Assembly (NCBI RefSeq): GCF_000011805.1 | Contig: NC_006840.2 | DNA: 32,000 bases | From: Aliivibrio fischeri ES114 | Lineage (GTDB): Bacteria > Pseudomonadota > Gammaproteobacteria > Enterobacterales > Vibrionaceae | Reading direction: 5' to 3' (one strand) | In this document: piece after piece, positions 19,463 through 31,187 of the stretch | Numbering within the stretch: the first letter of the stretch is position 1 | Layout: the number at the start of each line of letters is the position of its first letter | The notes under the pieces: model-generated | The model's database searches: none | The model's input: only the letters and a program-made list of their open reading frames with translations | Told to the model about the DNA's origin: nothing | Made by a program: the position numbers and the translations under genes

Positions 19463-19515
19463 CTCTTCCTCGTCCCTCGAGCGTAGCGTCCTCGTTTTTC
19501 GTTTCTTTCTTTTCG

Positions 19516-20331
19516 TTACTGTTCTATCGCCTTCTGCGTAAAATACTTCCCATCATCAACACGATACATCGTCATATATTCCCCCCATACACAGCCTGTA
19601 TCGAGTGCTATTACGTTATTTCCGTCATGACCCATCAATGCCGCCCAATGACCAAAAATCACTTTGTGAGAAAGGGGAAGACGATTTTCTAACTCAAACC
19701 AAGGTACGAGCTCATCACTATTAATATCTTGAGGAGGTAGCTTGCATTCCATATCCAAGCGTCCATCTAAGTGGCAAAAACGCATGCGAGTAAAGGCATT
19801 AATGATATAGCGATAACGATCTATGCCAGATAATGTGACATCCCATGTATCAGGGTAGTTTTCATACATGTTTTCTAATAGCAAAACCCATTTATCAGAG
19901 AGTAATACAGATTCAACTTCACGGGCGCAGTCTATTGCTGTAGCCATATTCCATTGAGGTGAAATGCCTGCGTGAGTCATTACGATGTCATATTCAGAAT
20001 GAACAGCTAGTAATGGTTGATGGCGTAACCAAGTAAGCAGTTCTTCACTGTCTGGCGCGGTGAAAATAGGAGCGGTTTTATCTTTTTCTTTAACGCGAGA
20101 AATGCCTTGAGATACTGCAAGTAGGTGGAGATCATGGTTACCCAGGATAGTGACGGCAGCGTTACCTAATGATTTTACAAAGCGCAAGGTCTCTAATGAT
20201 TTAGGTCCTCTTGCAACTAAATCTCCAGTTAACCAAAGTTGATCTTTTTCTCGATTAAACTCAACGCGTTCTAATAATAAAAGCAGTTCATCTAAACAGC
20301 CTTGAATATCACCAACGAAGTAAGTTGCCAT
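19516..20331 (-). CDS. apaH: Symmetrical bis(5'-nucleosyl)-tetraphosphatase ApaH
   Basis: MATYFVGDIQGCLDELLLLLERV...LWLTGDLVARGPKSLETLRF...GNHDLHLLA; metallophosphoesterase motifs GD/GDxx/GNHD. Confidence 0.97.
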   Translation of the reverse strand: MATYFVGDIQGCLDELLLLLERVEFNREKDQLWLTGDLVARGPKSLETLRFVKSLGNAAVTILGNHDLHLLAVSQGISRVKEKDKTAPIFTAPDSEELLTWLRHQPLLAVHSEYDIVMTHAGISPQWNMATAIDCAREVESVLLSDKWVLLLENMYENYPDTWDVTLSGIDRYRYIINAFTRMRFCHLDGRLDMECKLPPQDINSDELVPWFELENRLPLSHKVIFGHWAALMGHDGNNVIALDTGCVWGEYMTMYRVDDGKYFTQKAIEQ

Positions 20332-20403
20332 ACCATTCTCTCAAAATATGATAAATATAAAAAAGGTGACCATAAGGTCACCTCAATTGAAATCAGTTAA
20401 TGC

Positions 20404-21222
20404 TTACTCTGCACTATGATTTGCATCTAACCAGTTCGCCATATTAACAAACTGCTCTAATGTTAGGTTTTCAGGGCGCATAGAAGGATTAATACCTAAT
20501 TCTTCCAACTGCTCTTTAGTGAGCAATGCTTTATAACAGTTACGGACTGTCTTACGACGTTGGTTAAAACCTTCACGACATACACGGTCTAGCCATTTTA
20601 AGTTTGTTGCTGGGTAAGGCAGCGTTTCGTAAGGAACAAGACGAACAACCGCAGAATCAACCTTCGGTGGCGGAACAAATGCTGTTGGTGGCACTTCTAG
20701 TACAGGCATAACCTTACAGAAGTATTGAGCCATAACCGTTAAACGACCATATGCTTTTGTACCAGGACCAGCAGCTAGACGATTAACCACTTCTTTTTGT
20801 AGCATAAAGTGCATGTCTTGTACGTCTTTATGGAATTCAAAAAGGTGGAACATTAACGGCGTAGAAATATTGTATGGTAGGTTACCAAAAATACGCAGTT
20901 TATTGTTTTCTTTGATTAGCTGAGTGAAGTCAAAGCGCATTGCATCGCCTTCATGAATTGTTAGCTTACTGCCCAATTCAGGGTGGTTACGTAAACGTTC
21001 AGCTAAGTCACGGTCAAGTTCAATAACCGTAAATTTATCTACTTCACGTCCAACCGGCTCAGTGATAGCACCAAGACCTGGACCAATTTCTACAAGGTTT
21101 TGGCCTGGTAGAGGGTTGATTGCAGATACGATTCCATCGATCACATAAGGGTCATTTAAGAAGTTTTGACCAAAGCGTTTTCTTGCTTTATGGCCTAAAT
21201 GGACATCATTTCTTGTACTCAT
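20404..21222 (-). CDS. rsmA: 16S rRNA dimethyladenosine transferase RsmA (KsgA)
   Basis: [22 protein letters not shown]...[14 protein letters not shown]...[17 protein letters not shown]. Confidence 0.97.
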   Translation of the reverse strand: MSTRNDVHLGHKARKRFGQNFLNDPYVIDGIVSAINPLPGQNLVEIGPGLGAITEPVGREVDKFTVIELDRDLAERLRNHPELGSKLTIHEGDAMRFDFTQLIKENNKLRIFGNLPYNISTPLMFHLFEFHKDVQDMHFMLQKEVVNRLAAGPGTKAYGRLTVMAQYFCKVMPVLEVPPTAFVPPPKVDSAVVRLVPYETLPYPATNLKWLDRVCREGFNQRRKTVRNCYKALLTKEQLEELGINPSMRPENLTLEQFVNMANWLDANHSAE

Positions 21223-22208
21223 TTATTTTCTACCAGTTCTATTGCATGGGTAAGTGCGGTAATAAAGCTTCCTGCATCTGCTTTTCCAGTACCTGCTAAT
21301 TCCAATGCAGTACCATGGTCTACGGACGTACGGATAAACGGTAAACCTAACGTGATGTTTACGGATTTTCCGAAGCCTTTAAATTTTAGCACAGGAAGAC
21401 CTTGATCGTGATACATAGCCAGTACCGCGTCTGCTTCTTGTAAGTATTTATCTTGAAATAACGTATCAGCAGGTAATGGACCGATTAAGTTCATTCCTTC
21501 TTGCTCACGTAATTCATTTAATGCTGGTGCTATGATATCAATTTCTTCGCGACCAAGACAGCCATCTTCGCCTGCGTGAGGATTTAATCCGCAAACAAAA
21601 ATAGATGGGTTAGCAATTCCAAACTTGGTTATTAAATCTTGGTGCAAAATACGGGTAACTTGCTTTAAGCGATCCGCTGTAATTGCTTTTGATACATATG
21701 CGAGTGGGATGTGAGTCGTTACTAATGCAACTCTTAGCCCTTCAGTCGCAAGCATCATCACAACTTGTTGTGTATTTGATTGTTCAGCAAAAAATTCAGT
21801 ATGGCCACTAAAAGCGACACCTGCTCGGTTGATTACCCCTTTGTGCACAGGGCCTGTGACGACGGCATCAAATTCACCATCCATATTACCTTGTGCAGCA
21901 CGACGCAATGTTTCAAGAACATAGTGCCCATTTGCTTCATTTAATTCACCGGCAATAACGCTAGAGCCTAACTCGATATCTTCTACGAGTAGTGTGCCCG
22001 CTTTATGACTAGTCGCTGCTAATTGAGCGTTATAATCTTCAATTTGGATTTGAATACCAAGTTGCGCAGCTCTTTCTGCTAAAACTTGTTTGCTACCACA
22101 AATGACAAGTTGATGAGGCCAGTCTTGTTGAGCAATAGCAATAACAAGATCTGGGCCAATACCCGATGGTTCGCCGGGAGTGATCGCAATGCGTTTAATA
22201 TTATTCAT
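21219..22208 (-). CDS. pdxA: 4-hydroxythreonine-4-phosphate dehydrogenase PdxA
   Basis: Likely start [23 protein letters not shown] at 22208; [16 protein letters not shown]; [13 protein letters not shown]. The 22292 ORF start is an upstream extension. Confidence 0.95.
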   Translation of the reverse strand: MNNIKRIAITPGEPSGIGPDLVIAIAQQDWPHQLVICGSKQVLAERAAQLGIQIQIEDYNAQLAATSHKAGTLLVEDIELGSSVIAGELNEANGHYVLETLRRAAQGNMDGEFDAVVTGPVHKGVINRAGVAFSGHTEFFAEQSNTQQVVMMLATEGLRVALVTTHIPLAYVSKAITADRLKQVTRILHQDLITKFGIANPSIFVCGLNPHAGEDGCLGREEIDIIAPALNELREQEGMNLIGPLPADTLFQDKYLQEADAVLAMYHDQGLPVLKFKGFGKSVNITLGLPFIRTSVDHGTALELAGTGKADAGSFITALTHAIELVENK

Positions 22209-23514
22209 TGTCATCTTCACCATCGTCGTCCTGTAAGATTTCAACATAAGCACTTGCACGGATTTCTTGTAGCCATGCACCAGCTTCTTCATTAAATTTA
22301 CGGTTAAGAAGAATTCGGTATGCTTTGTTTTTCATCGCAGCATCAGTTCTATCAACTTGGCGACGCTCTAATACTTCAGCAATATGCCAGCCGTGAACCG
22401 TTTTAAATGGTGCGCTAATTTGACCTACAGGTAGAGTTTCAACTTGGTGTTTAAATTCTGGTACGTATAAATCCGGAGTTTGGAAACCTAGTTCACCATC
22501 ATTTGCAGCAGAGCCTGGGTCTTGGCTATAACGTTGTGCCATATCTGCAAAGGTTTCTTTACCTGATTTAATATCATCGATGATCGTATTTAATAGACGC
22601 TGTGCACCTTCATCACTCATGATTACTGAAGTTTTTATTAGAATATGACGCGCATTTACTTCTGTTACAGCAACCGTTTCAAGTCCCTTCACATCATCAA
22701 TTTTTAATATATGGAAACCAACGCCTGAACGGAATGGACCAATAATACTGTTTTTACCTTGGCCGGTAATTTGGTCTGCAAAGATAGTTGGCATTTCTTC
22801 TTTACGCATCCAACCCCAATCACCACCTTGTAGAGCTTTTGGACCTTTCGAGTAGGTGTAAGCCATTGTCGCAAAATCAGCACCTTGCTTTAATCGCTCT
22901 GTAAGATCTTCAGCTTGTTTTTCTAATGCTTCTTTATCTGCTTGAGTTGCACCATCTTCAACTCTTAGCTGGATATGGCTGATTTTGTATTGAACTGTTG
23001 CTTGAGTTTCTTCTGCAAGTAGCTGAGCAAGACTCTCTACTTCTTGAGGAAGAATATTAATACGGCGACGTACTTGAGCATTACGAGCTTCACTTGCTGC
23101 TATTTCTTTACGAATTTGTTCGCGGAAATTGGCATAAGGAAGTCCTTGAGCTGCTGTTTTTTGTTGTAGCTGCGCTAAGGTCATGTTGTTTTCTTTTGCG
23201 ATATCATTCAATGCAGCTTCAAGGCGAGTATCATCAATACGAATACCCATTTTTTCAGCTTGCTGGCTTTGAATCGTATCAACAATGAGTTTCTCTAGTA
23301 CTTGTTCACGAAGTACTGCTTCATCAGGAAGAGGTTGCCCCTTTTCTTGTGCGTTAATTTTTACTGTTTTTAATGAGGTATCAATGTCGCTTTGTAGTAC
23401 AACTCCCTCATCAACGATCGCAACAACACGATCAAGCTCAACAGGAGCAGCATGCACATTGATGGTTAGCAGCAATAAAAGTGTGCTAATCAGTGGGAAT
23501 TTCCAGTTTTTCAT
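22201..23514 (-). CDS. surA: Periplasmic peptidyl-prolyl cis-trans isomerase/chaperone SurA
   Basis: Signal peptide [40 protein letters not shown], two parvulin domains (ARHILIKTS...GGDWGWM; AHVLE-type). Confidence 0.95.
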   Translation of the reverse strand: MKNWKFPLISTLLLLLTINVHAAPVELDRVVAIVDEGVVLQSDIDTSLKTVKINAQEKGQPLPDEAVLREQVLEKLIVDTIQSQQAEKMGIRIDDTRLEAALNDIAKENNMTLAQLQQKTAAQGLPYANFREQIRKEIAASEARNAQVRRRINILPQEVESLAQLLAEETQATVQYKISHIQLRVEDGATQADKEALEKQAEDLTERLKQGADFATMAYTYSKGPKALQGGDWGWMRKEEMPTIFADQITGQGKNSIIGPFRSGVGFHILKIDDVKGLETVAVTEVNARHILIKTSVIMSDEGAQRLLNTIIDDIKSGKETFADMAQRYSQDPGSAANDGELGFQTPDLYVPEFKHQVETLPVGQISAPFKTVHGWHIAEVLERRQVDRTDAAMKNKAYRILLNRKFNEEAGAWLQEIRASAYVEILQDDDGEDDNE

Positions 23515-23581
23515 AGTGTCATCCAAGAGTAAGGAGAATGAAGAGCCTTAGAGTGTTGGCTCTTCATGTATTTCCATATAA

Positions 23582-25942
23582 TTAATTATTTAGGTAGAAC
23601 GGGCGACCGTAGTCTAAGGCGTTATTCGCAGAGCCAGATGTAATTCCCGTATTGTTACCTAAGCCACGAATAGCAATAGAAAGCATTAAGTTACTTTCAT
23701 ATTCAGGTTCATAAGTTCCAATGGTTTTTGCAGATTCTGGTGCAATTAATTGGTCGCTGTAAGTTAATCCAAATGACCAACAGTCACTAAGGTAAGTAAC
23801 ACCTACTAACGCTTCAATCATTTGGTCTTCTTTTGTATCGTGGAAATATTGACCTTTAAGAGCCCAATTTCTTCCTAGATTATATTCGCTTAAAAGACCA
23901 GCTTGATAGATACCGTGCTGTGTAATGAGACTCAGGTCATCTTCAAAGTTTACGTTACTTTCAATGTAGTTTTTACTCACATAGCGATAGTTTGCTTGGA
24001 TATAACCCTTTGAAAAGCGATATTCAAGTGTGCTATTAGCGACTTGAAGTTCACTTACATTTGAGTCGTATTGAATACCACCATGATAGAAGAGGTAATC
24101 ATCATAGTTAAAATCACTTTCCATTGCCCATGCGGATGAGTTTTTATCATCATTATTTTGCTCTGTACCTGAACCATTCAAGTACAGTATTTGACCAAAA
24201 GAAATATTCATTCTTTCTTTATACGCATCATCATAGAAACGAGAGGTTGCACCAACACTAAATTGATTCGCATCAGCAATATAGTCCACGCCACTGTACT
24301 GACGATCTCTAAATAAACCATAATAATCTAGTTGTAATTTACTGCTGTCGTAACCACCGTCACCAGTACCACCATAAATATTACTTTGATCCACTTCGGG
24401 TACATAGAGGTACTGTATTTTGGGTTCTAAAGTTTGTAAGTACTCACCTAAGAATTTATGCGTACTATCTAAATAAATAGCCCCGTTAATACGAACTTCA
24501 GGAATAGTTCTGCTAACTTCATGATCTAAGTTTAAAGAACCATTAGGTCCAACTGGTTGCTTATCAAAATCTTGTTGATAATAAGTATAAAGTAAACTTG
24601 TTTCAGGTATTAAAGACCACCAAGTTCCACTTAAAGGTAAACTCAATTTAGGTTCTAAATGAACTCGGGTGGCAGAAGGTTTAGCTTTATCATCAGTAGT
24701 AAACTTACTAATGTGACTATGTAAATTAAAATCAAACTCGCTATAGAATTGAGGAGCGTAATAGTTAAACTCAATTTGCGGCATTAATCGGTATGGTGTT
24801 TGTTCTTCAACCAGTACTTGGAAGTCACGAACACGCATGGTCATATCCCAATCTTGGCTACGATAGGAAACTTCACCTGACTGTTGTAGTTGGCCTTCAT
24901 CACGAGTACCAATACTTGAATTGAGGTCTTGGAAGTAATCAATATCACTTACTTTTGAATACTCAACATCAAATTTCCAGTGTTGTTGATAAATACCAGA
25001 ATGATCCCAGCTAACACCCCAACGAGAACCTTTATCTTTGAATTTATCATCTTCATTTAAGTATTCAGCATCAACAGTACCTTTACCTAACTCAGTTAAG
25101 TATCGGAATTCAGTTTCCAATTGAGTACCGCGTCTTTCCATATAGTTAATGGTCGTGGTTGCATCGTAATTTGGTGCAATATTCCAGTAAATAGGGACCG
25201 AAAGTTCAAAACCATTTTTACTATCAAGACCAATGCTAGGGATCAATACACCGGTTTTACGAGTATCGCCAACCGGTACCGTAACATAAGGTAAGTAGAA
25301 GATAGGTACATCAAGTACTTCAAAACGAGCATTATAGAATGTTGCCCATTCGTCTGATTGGTCTAATTCAATATCACTGGCTTTAAAGCGCCAACTATTA
25401 TCGTCAGCAGGACAGGTTGTAAAAGAGGCGTCTTCTAATTGATAGATTTCTTGACCTGTCTTTAATACGCGTCCAGCTTGTCCACGAATTGGTTGGCACG
25501 ACATTTTATATGCCGTATTCACCATAGTGGTGTCTTCAGTCGATAAGTTAGTGGTTACTTTATCTGAGGTGGTTCTCATCTCCATGCTTGAGTAATCAAC
25601 ATTACCTTCAGCAATTGCGATGTTTTCTTGTTGATGTAAAGTAATGCTATCGGCTTTAATTTCTTGTCGGCCTTTAATAATATGAACATTACCTTTATAA
25701 ACGGCTTTTGAATTGTTGCTCGCTTCAACACTGTCTGCTTGAATTAATACAGGTTGTTGATCTTCTTCCTCTTTTGATTTTTTATCCGGGACTTCACAAG
25801 AGTTAACTGCATCAGTTTGCAGAGGAAAAACAATGCCATTTTCTGGAGATACAGGTTCACTACCATTATCAGCAATGGCAGGAGTGCCGTAAAGAAGGCA
25901 TCCAGTAAATGAGGCAAGTAGGCTACGAGAAGTAAAAGACAT
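23582..25942 (-). CDS. lptD: LPS-assembly outer membrane protein LptD
   Basis: Signal peptide; OstA-like N-terminal domain (ADSVEASNNSKAVYKGNVHIIKGRQEIKAD); beta-barrel C-terminus; upstream of surA-pdxA as usual. Confidence 0.95.
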   Translation of the reverse strand: MSFTSRSLLASFTGCLLYGTPAIADNGSEPVSPENGIVFPLQTDAVNSCEVPDKKSKEEEDQQPVLIQADSVEASNNSKAVYKGNVHIIKGRQEIKADSITLHQQENIAIAEGNVDYSSMEMRTTSDKVTTNLSTEDTTMVNTAYKMSCQPIRGQAGRVLKTGQEIYQLEDASFTTCPADDNSWRFKASDIELDQSDEWATFYNARFEVLDVPIFYLPYVTVPVGDTRKTGVLIPSIGLDSKNGFELSVPIYWNIAPNYDATTTINYMERRGTQLETEFRYLTELGKGTVDAEYLNEDDKFKDKGSRWGVSWDHSGIYQQHWKFDVEYSKVSDIDYFQDLNSSIGTRDEGQLQQSGEVSYRSQDWDMTMRVRDFQVLVEEQTPYRLMPQIEFNYYAPQFYSEFDFNLHSHISKFTTDDKAKPSATRVHLEPKLSLPLSGTWWSLIPETSLLYTYYQQDFDKQPVGPNGSLNLDHEVSRTIPEVRINGAIYLDSTHKFLGEYLQTLEPKIQYLYVPEVDQSNIYGGTGDGGYDSSKLQLDYYGLFRDRQYSGVDYIADANQFSVGATSRFYDDAYKERMNISFGQILYLNGSGTEQNNDDKNSSAWAMESDFNYDDYLFYHGGIQYDSNVSELQVANSTLEYRFSKGYIQANYRYVSKNYIESNVNFEDDLSLITQHGIYQAGLLSEYNLGRNWALKGQYFHDTKEDQMIEALVGVTYLSDCWSFGLTYSDQLIAPESAKTIGTYEPEYESNLMLSIAIRGLGNNTGITSGSANNALDYGRPFYLNN

Positions 25943-26148
25943 CGAGTTAGACGTTCCTGTTTGTTATATTAATCCGCTGATATACTCAAAGATACTAGAC
26001 AGAGTCACTTCTTTATAATAAAGCAAAACCTATGCCCAAACCACCTTAAGATGTCGCGATCATAGATTAATCATTGTAAAGTGTAAGGCTCCATTTGCTC
26101 ATGGTGTGACAGAGTAAAAATAGAAAAATTCATTAATTGGAATATAAA

Positions 26149-27000
26149 ATGCAAATATTCGGCAAAATATTAGGCGGTTTTTTTGGTTTCCTATTTGGCG
26201 GCTTTTTTGGGGCTGCATTAGGAATCTTTATTGGCCATCAGTTTGATAAAGCTAAGCGTATGGCTAATAGTGGATTTACTTTCCAAACTGGCGGAGCATC
26301 TCAAACTCAGAGACAAGCTGAGTTCTTTCATGCAGCGTATGCTGTTATGGGGCATGTAGCGAAAGCTAAAGGTCAAGTAACACGTGAAGAGATTCAATTA
26401 GCATCAATGATGATGGATCGAATGAATCTTTCTGATGAACAAAAACGAGAAGCGCAAGAAGCTTTCCGTGAAGGTAAAGAAAGCGATTTTCCACTACGTG
26501 AAACATTAAGAAATATTCGCTCAATTACTGGCGGCCGTTACGATTTATTGCAGTTCTTTTTAGAATTACAAATTGCAGCAGCGATTGCTGATGGTGATAT
26601 TCATCCTAGTGAGCGTGATGTACTGCATATCGTGGCTGAAGAGCTTGGATTTAGTGCAGAACAACTTGAAAAACGTTTGAGAATGCAAGAAGCGGCATTT
26701 CGTTTCCAACAAGGTGGTGGATTCTCTGGGCACCAAAGTGGTGGCTCACATCAACAAGGGCAATGGCAACAAGCAAGTTCTGCGAGTCAGTTAAAGGATG
26801 CATATAATTTACTTGGTATTAGTGAAGATGCCGATCCTAAAACAATTAAACGTGCTCACCGTAAATTAATGAATGAGCATCACCCTGATAAGCTAGTTGC
26901 AAAAGGTTTACCACCAGAAATGATGAATATGGCCAAAGAGAAAGCACAAGAAATTCAAGCGGCTTACGATTTAATTAAGAAAGAAAAGGGCATTAAATAG
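26149..27000 (+). CDS. djlA: Co-chaperone DjlA
   Basis: N-terminal TM (MQIFGKILGGFFGFLFGGFFGAALGIFIGHQFDKA) and C-terminal J domain DAYNLLGISEDADPKTIKRAHRKLMNEHHPDKL; divergent from lptD. Confidence 0.95.
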   Translation: MQIFGKILGGFFGFLFGGFFGAALGIFIGHQFDKAKRMANSGFTFQTGGASQTQRQAEFFHAAYAVMGHVAKAKGQVTREEIQLASMMMDRMNLSDEQKREAQEAFREGKESDFPLRETLRNIRSITGGRYDLLQFFLELQIAAAIADGDIHPSERDVLHIVAEELGFSAEQLEKRLRMQEAAFRFQQGGGFSGHQSGGSHQQGQWQQASSASQLKDAYNLLGISEDADPKTIKRAHRKLMNEHHPDKLVAKGLPPEMMNMAKEKAQEIQAAYDLIKKEKGIK

Positions 27001-27017
27001 AGTCATCAAAGAAGTTA

Positions 27018-27040
27018 TATGGGCATGTATTATGCCCATA
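27018..27040. other. Inverted repeat in gap between convergent djlA and DUF547-like gene
   Basis: TATGGGCAT (27018-27026) / ATGCCCATA (27032-27040), 5-nt loop, poor T-tract. Confidence 0.5.
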
Positions 27041-27066
27041 GAAAGTACACTTATTTGAAACCAGAT

Positions 27067-27846
27067 TTATTGTTGATTTAATTTCCAGTTATAGTCATAA
27101 CGAATATCGCCTTTGAATGGTTTTAATTCTGGGCGATATTTTTTTAGGTGCTCAAATAGTTGTTGTTGACTACCAAAATCAATAGCAAACCAATCATAAA
27201 TAGAGGAGAGCTGGACATTCTCTTCTTTAATTAAAACCCCTTTATCACTGTTGATGAACTCGGTTGCTGCTTTATCTAGTAATTTATCGCTGTTTCTAGC
27301 GGTAAAGGCTTTAGGTTGTAAATTAGGACAGCCTAAACTTGCGCAATTTACGGCATAGTGAGTTCTAGGATCATTCCAAATCGGTCTTAAAATTCGATGC
27401 TCAATATCATTAAGAGTGAGGGCTTTTCCTGCAACCGTAATAATCTCTTCATCCCAAGGACCAAAGCTGAATAATCCCCCTAACTTGGTAATAGATTCAA
27501 TTGGGTAATCCATTAGGATAAGTTTTACTGTAAGAGCATTGTAAAGGTTAACCCAATAAGCATATTGTTCTGATTTTTTGTACTCTCTTGGGTCTATACG
27601 GCTCATTTGACGTAAATAACTATTGAGCGTTCGTTCATCCGCATCTGTGACGTGAGCATAGTCAAAAAGCGTGAATTCCCCTCTAGTAATAAGGTATTTA
27701 TCTAATGTTTGCTGCCAGTATTGGTGAGATATTGTGGTGGCGTTTTTTTCATTACTTACGTTCCAGTAGCTCCATAATTCAGATTTTGGTGCAGCGAACG
27801 TATTGAATGAGAAAAGCAAAAGTAACGAGGATATAAAGGTTTTCAT
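27067..27846 (-). CDS. Secreted DUF547-like protein of unknown function
   Basis: Signal peptide MKTFISSLLLLFSFNTFA, then KSEQYAYWVNLYNALTVKLILMDYPIESI and DPRTHYAVNCASLGCPNLQPKAF, characteristic of DUF547. Confidence 0.85.
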   Translation of the reverse strand: MKTFISSLLLLFSFNTFAAPKSELWSYWNVSNEKNATTISHQYWQQTLDKYLITRGEFTLFDYAHVTDADERTLNSYLRQMSRIDPREYKKSEQYAYWVNLYNALTVKLILMDYPIESITKLGGLFSFGPWDEEIITVAGKALTLNDIEHRILRPIWNDPRTHYAVNCASLGCPNLQPKAFTARNSDKLLDKAATEFINSDKGVLIKEENVQLSSIYDWFAIDFGSQQQLFEHLKKYRPELKPFKGDIRYDYNWKLNQQ

Positions 27847-27912
27847 AAAAGGGTTCCTGACTTTTGGTTTAGTTATATGTGATTATAGATGACACTATTT
27901 TATAGACAAAAA

Positions 27913-27940
27913 AGAGGTTGATACGTTCATATCAACCTCT
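27913..27940 (-). terminator. Rho-independent terminator of the leu operon (minus strand)
   Basis: AGAGGTTGATA (27913-27923) / TATCAACCTCT (27930-27940), with an A-run to the left that reads CTCTTTTTTG on the minus strand. Confidence 0.88.
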
Positions 27941-27968
27941 AACATTTCCTGAATACGAAGCCTGAATC

Positions 27969-28571
27969 TTATTTTAAGAAACTCGGGATCTTCGCTTCAT
28001 ATTCCGAAATTTTATCGGCGTGTTGCAGTGTTAACCCGATATTATCTAAACCATTTAGCAGGCAATGGCGGCGAAATTCATCAATTTCAAAAGAATACTG
28101 TTTATTGTTAGCGGTCACTAACATTGCTTCTAAATCCACAGTAACCTCAGCACCTTCATTCGCTTCAACGAACTGAAAAATTTCATCCACTTCAGATTCG
28201 GTTAGGCGAACGGGCACCATTTGGTTGTTGATTGAGTTGCCATAAAAAATATCAGCAAAACTGGGTGCGATCATCACTTGGATGCCGTAGTCCGCTAGTG
28301 ACCAAGGTGCGTGTTCACGAGAAGAACCACAACCAAAGTTTTCACGAGCAAGTAGAACGGTAGCACCTTGATAGCGAGGTGCGTTCATAACAAATTCAGG
28401 ATTGGGTTGCTCACCAGCATCATCAAGAAAACGCCAATCGTGAAATAGGTGTTTACCAAAACCAATACGATTCACTTTTTGTAGAAACTGCTTTGGTATG
28501 ATGGCATCGGTATCAATGTTGGCCGTATCTAAAGGAACGACTAGACCTGTATGTTGCTTAAAACCTGACAT
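27969..28571 (-). CDS. leuD: 3-isopropylmalate dehydratase small subunit
   Basis: [36 protein letters not shown]; 200 aa. Confidence 0.97.
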   Translation of the reverse strand: MSGFKQHTGLVVPLDTANIDTDAIIPKQFLQKVNRIGFGKHLFHDWRFLDDAGEQPNPEFVMNAPRYQGATVLLARENFGCGSSREHAPWSLADYGIQVMIAPSFADIFYGNSINNQMVPVRLTESEVDEIFQFVEANEGAEVTVDLEAMLVTANNKQYSFEIDEFRRHCLLNGLDNIGLTLQHADKISEYEAKIPSFLK

Positions 28572-28583
28572 AGTAAATTCCTT

Positions 28584-29999
28584 TTATGCTTGTTCTGTAA
28601 TGGTGCGGATATCAACAAAGTGACCTGCAATTGCAGCAGCGGCAGCCATCGCAGGGCTCACTAGGTGAGTTCGACCATCACGGCCTTGACGACCTTCAAA
28701 GTTACGGTTTGATGTAGATGCACAACGCTCATGTGGACCTAGGCGGTCGTTGTTCATTGCAAGACACATAGAGCAACCTGGCAGACGCCATTCAAAGCCT
28801 GCTTCTTTAAAGATCACATCTAGACCTTCTTTTTCCGCTTGTGCTTTTACTTGCTCAGAGCCTGGAACAATTAGAGCTTGTACATGAGAGGCAACTTTAC
28901 GTCCTTTAGCAATGGCTGCCGCAGCACGCATGTCTTCAATTCGCGAGTTAGTACAAGAGCCAACAAAAACTTTATCAACGTTGTAATCAGACAGAGATTT
29001 ACCCGCTTCAAGACCCATATACGCTAAGGCTTTTTCTGCAGACGCTTTTTCTACAGGGTCAGCAAAGCTTTCTGGTGCTGGGATTGGTGCATCTACTGCG
29101 ATTACTTGGCCTGGGTTGGTTCCCCAAGTTACTTGCGGTTTAATTTCAGAGGCATCAAGCGTAACGACTGCATCAAACTCAGCATCATCATCCGTTTTCA
29201 ATGATGACCAGTATTCGATAGCGGCGTCTAAATCTGCATCTTGTGGTGAGAACTTACGACCCGCAATGTAATCAAATGTGGTTTGGTCTGGTGCGATTAG
29301 ACCCGCTTTAGCACCTAGCTCAATAGCCATGTTACACACTGTCATACGACCTTCCATAGTAAGGTCAGTAATTGCTTCGCCACAGAACTCAACTACGTAG
29401 CCCGTACCACCAGCAGCCGTTGTTTTACCAATGATTGCTAGCACGATATCTTTTGCCGTGATGCCTTCAGCGACTTTACCTTTAACATCGATTTTCATGG
29501 TTTTCGCACGAGCTTGTTTTAGCGTTTGTGTTGCTAGTACGTGCTCAACTTCTGAAGTACCGATACCGAATGCTAGTGAACCAAATGCACCGTGAGTTGC
29601 GGTGTGTGAGTCACCACAAACAATCGTCATACCTGGTAAAGTAATACCAAGTTCTGGTCCCATTACGTGCACAATACCTTGGTATTTATGATTTAGATCG
29701 TAAAGGGTAACACCAAATTCTTCACAGTTTTTAGACAGCGTTTCCATTTGGATTCGAGCCATTTCACCAGAGGCATTAATGTCTTTGGTTTGTGTTGAAA
29801 CGTTGTGATCCATCGTTGCAAAGGTTTTGCCTACTTGACGAACTTTACGTCCTTTTTCACGTAGACCATCGAACGCTTGTGGTGACGTTACTTCGTGAAC
29901 CAGATGGCGGTCGATGTATAAAATAGGGTTTTCGCCTTCAGCTGCAACGGCAACATGGGCATCGTAAATTTTTTCGTATAATGTTTTTGCGTTAGACAT
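28584..29999 (-). CDS. leuC: 3-isopropylmalate dehydratase large subunit
   Basis: [12 protein letters not shown]-like N-terminus, [33 protein letters not shown]; 471 aa. Confidence 0.98.
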   Translation of the reverse strand: MSNAKTLYEKIYDAHVAVAAEGENPILYIDRHLVHEVTSPQAFDGLREKGRKVRQVGKTFATMDHNVSTQTKDINASGEMARIQMETLSKNCEEFGVTLYDLNHKYQGIVHVMGPELGITLPGMTIVCGDSHTATHGAFGSLAFGIGTSEVEHVLATQTLKQARAKTMKIDVKGKVAEGITAKDIVLAIIGKTTAAGGTGYVVEFCGEAITDLTMEGRMTVCNMAIELGAKAGLIAPDQTTFDYIAGRKFSPQDADLDAAIEYWSSLKTDDDAEFDAVVTLDASEIKPQVTWGTNPGQVIAVDAPIPAPESFADPVEKASAEKALAYMGLEAGKSLSDYNVDKVFVGSCTNSRIEDMRAAAAIAKGRKVASHVQALIVPGSEQVKAQAEKEGLDVIFKEAGFEWRLPGCSMCLAMNNDRLGPHERCASTSNRNFEGRQGRDGRTHLVSPAMAAAAAIAGHFVDIRTITEQA

Positions 30000-30014
30000 T
30001 GCTTCTTCCTTGAA

Positions 30015-31115
<1,101 letters not shown>

Positions 31116-31143
31116 TTAATCTTCAATATAATTTGGCAAATTA

Positions 31144-31169
31144 AAGCGGAGAAAGGTTTATCTCCGCTT
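31144..31169 (-). other. Hairpin in leuA-leuB gap
   Basis: AAGCGGAGA (31144-31152) / TCTCCGCTT (31161-31169); 8-nt loop; weak T-tract on minus strand (CTTTAATTTG). Confidence 0.5.
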
Positions 31170-31187
31170 ATTTATAATTTTTAGGTT

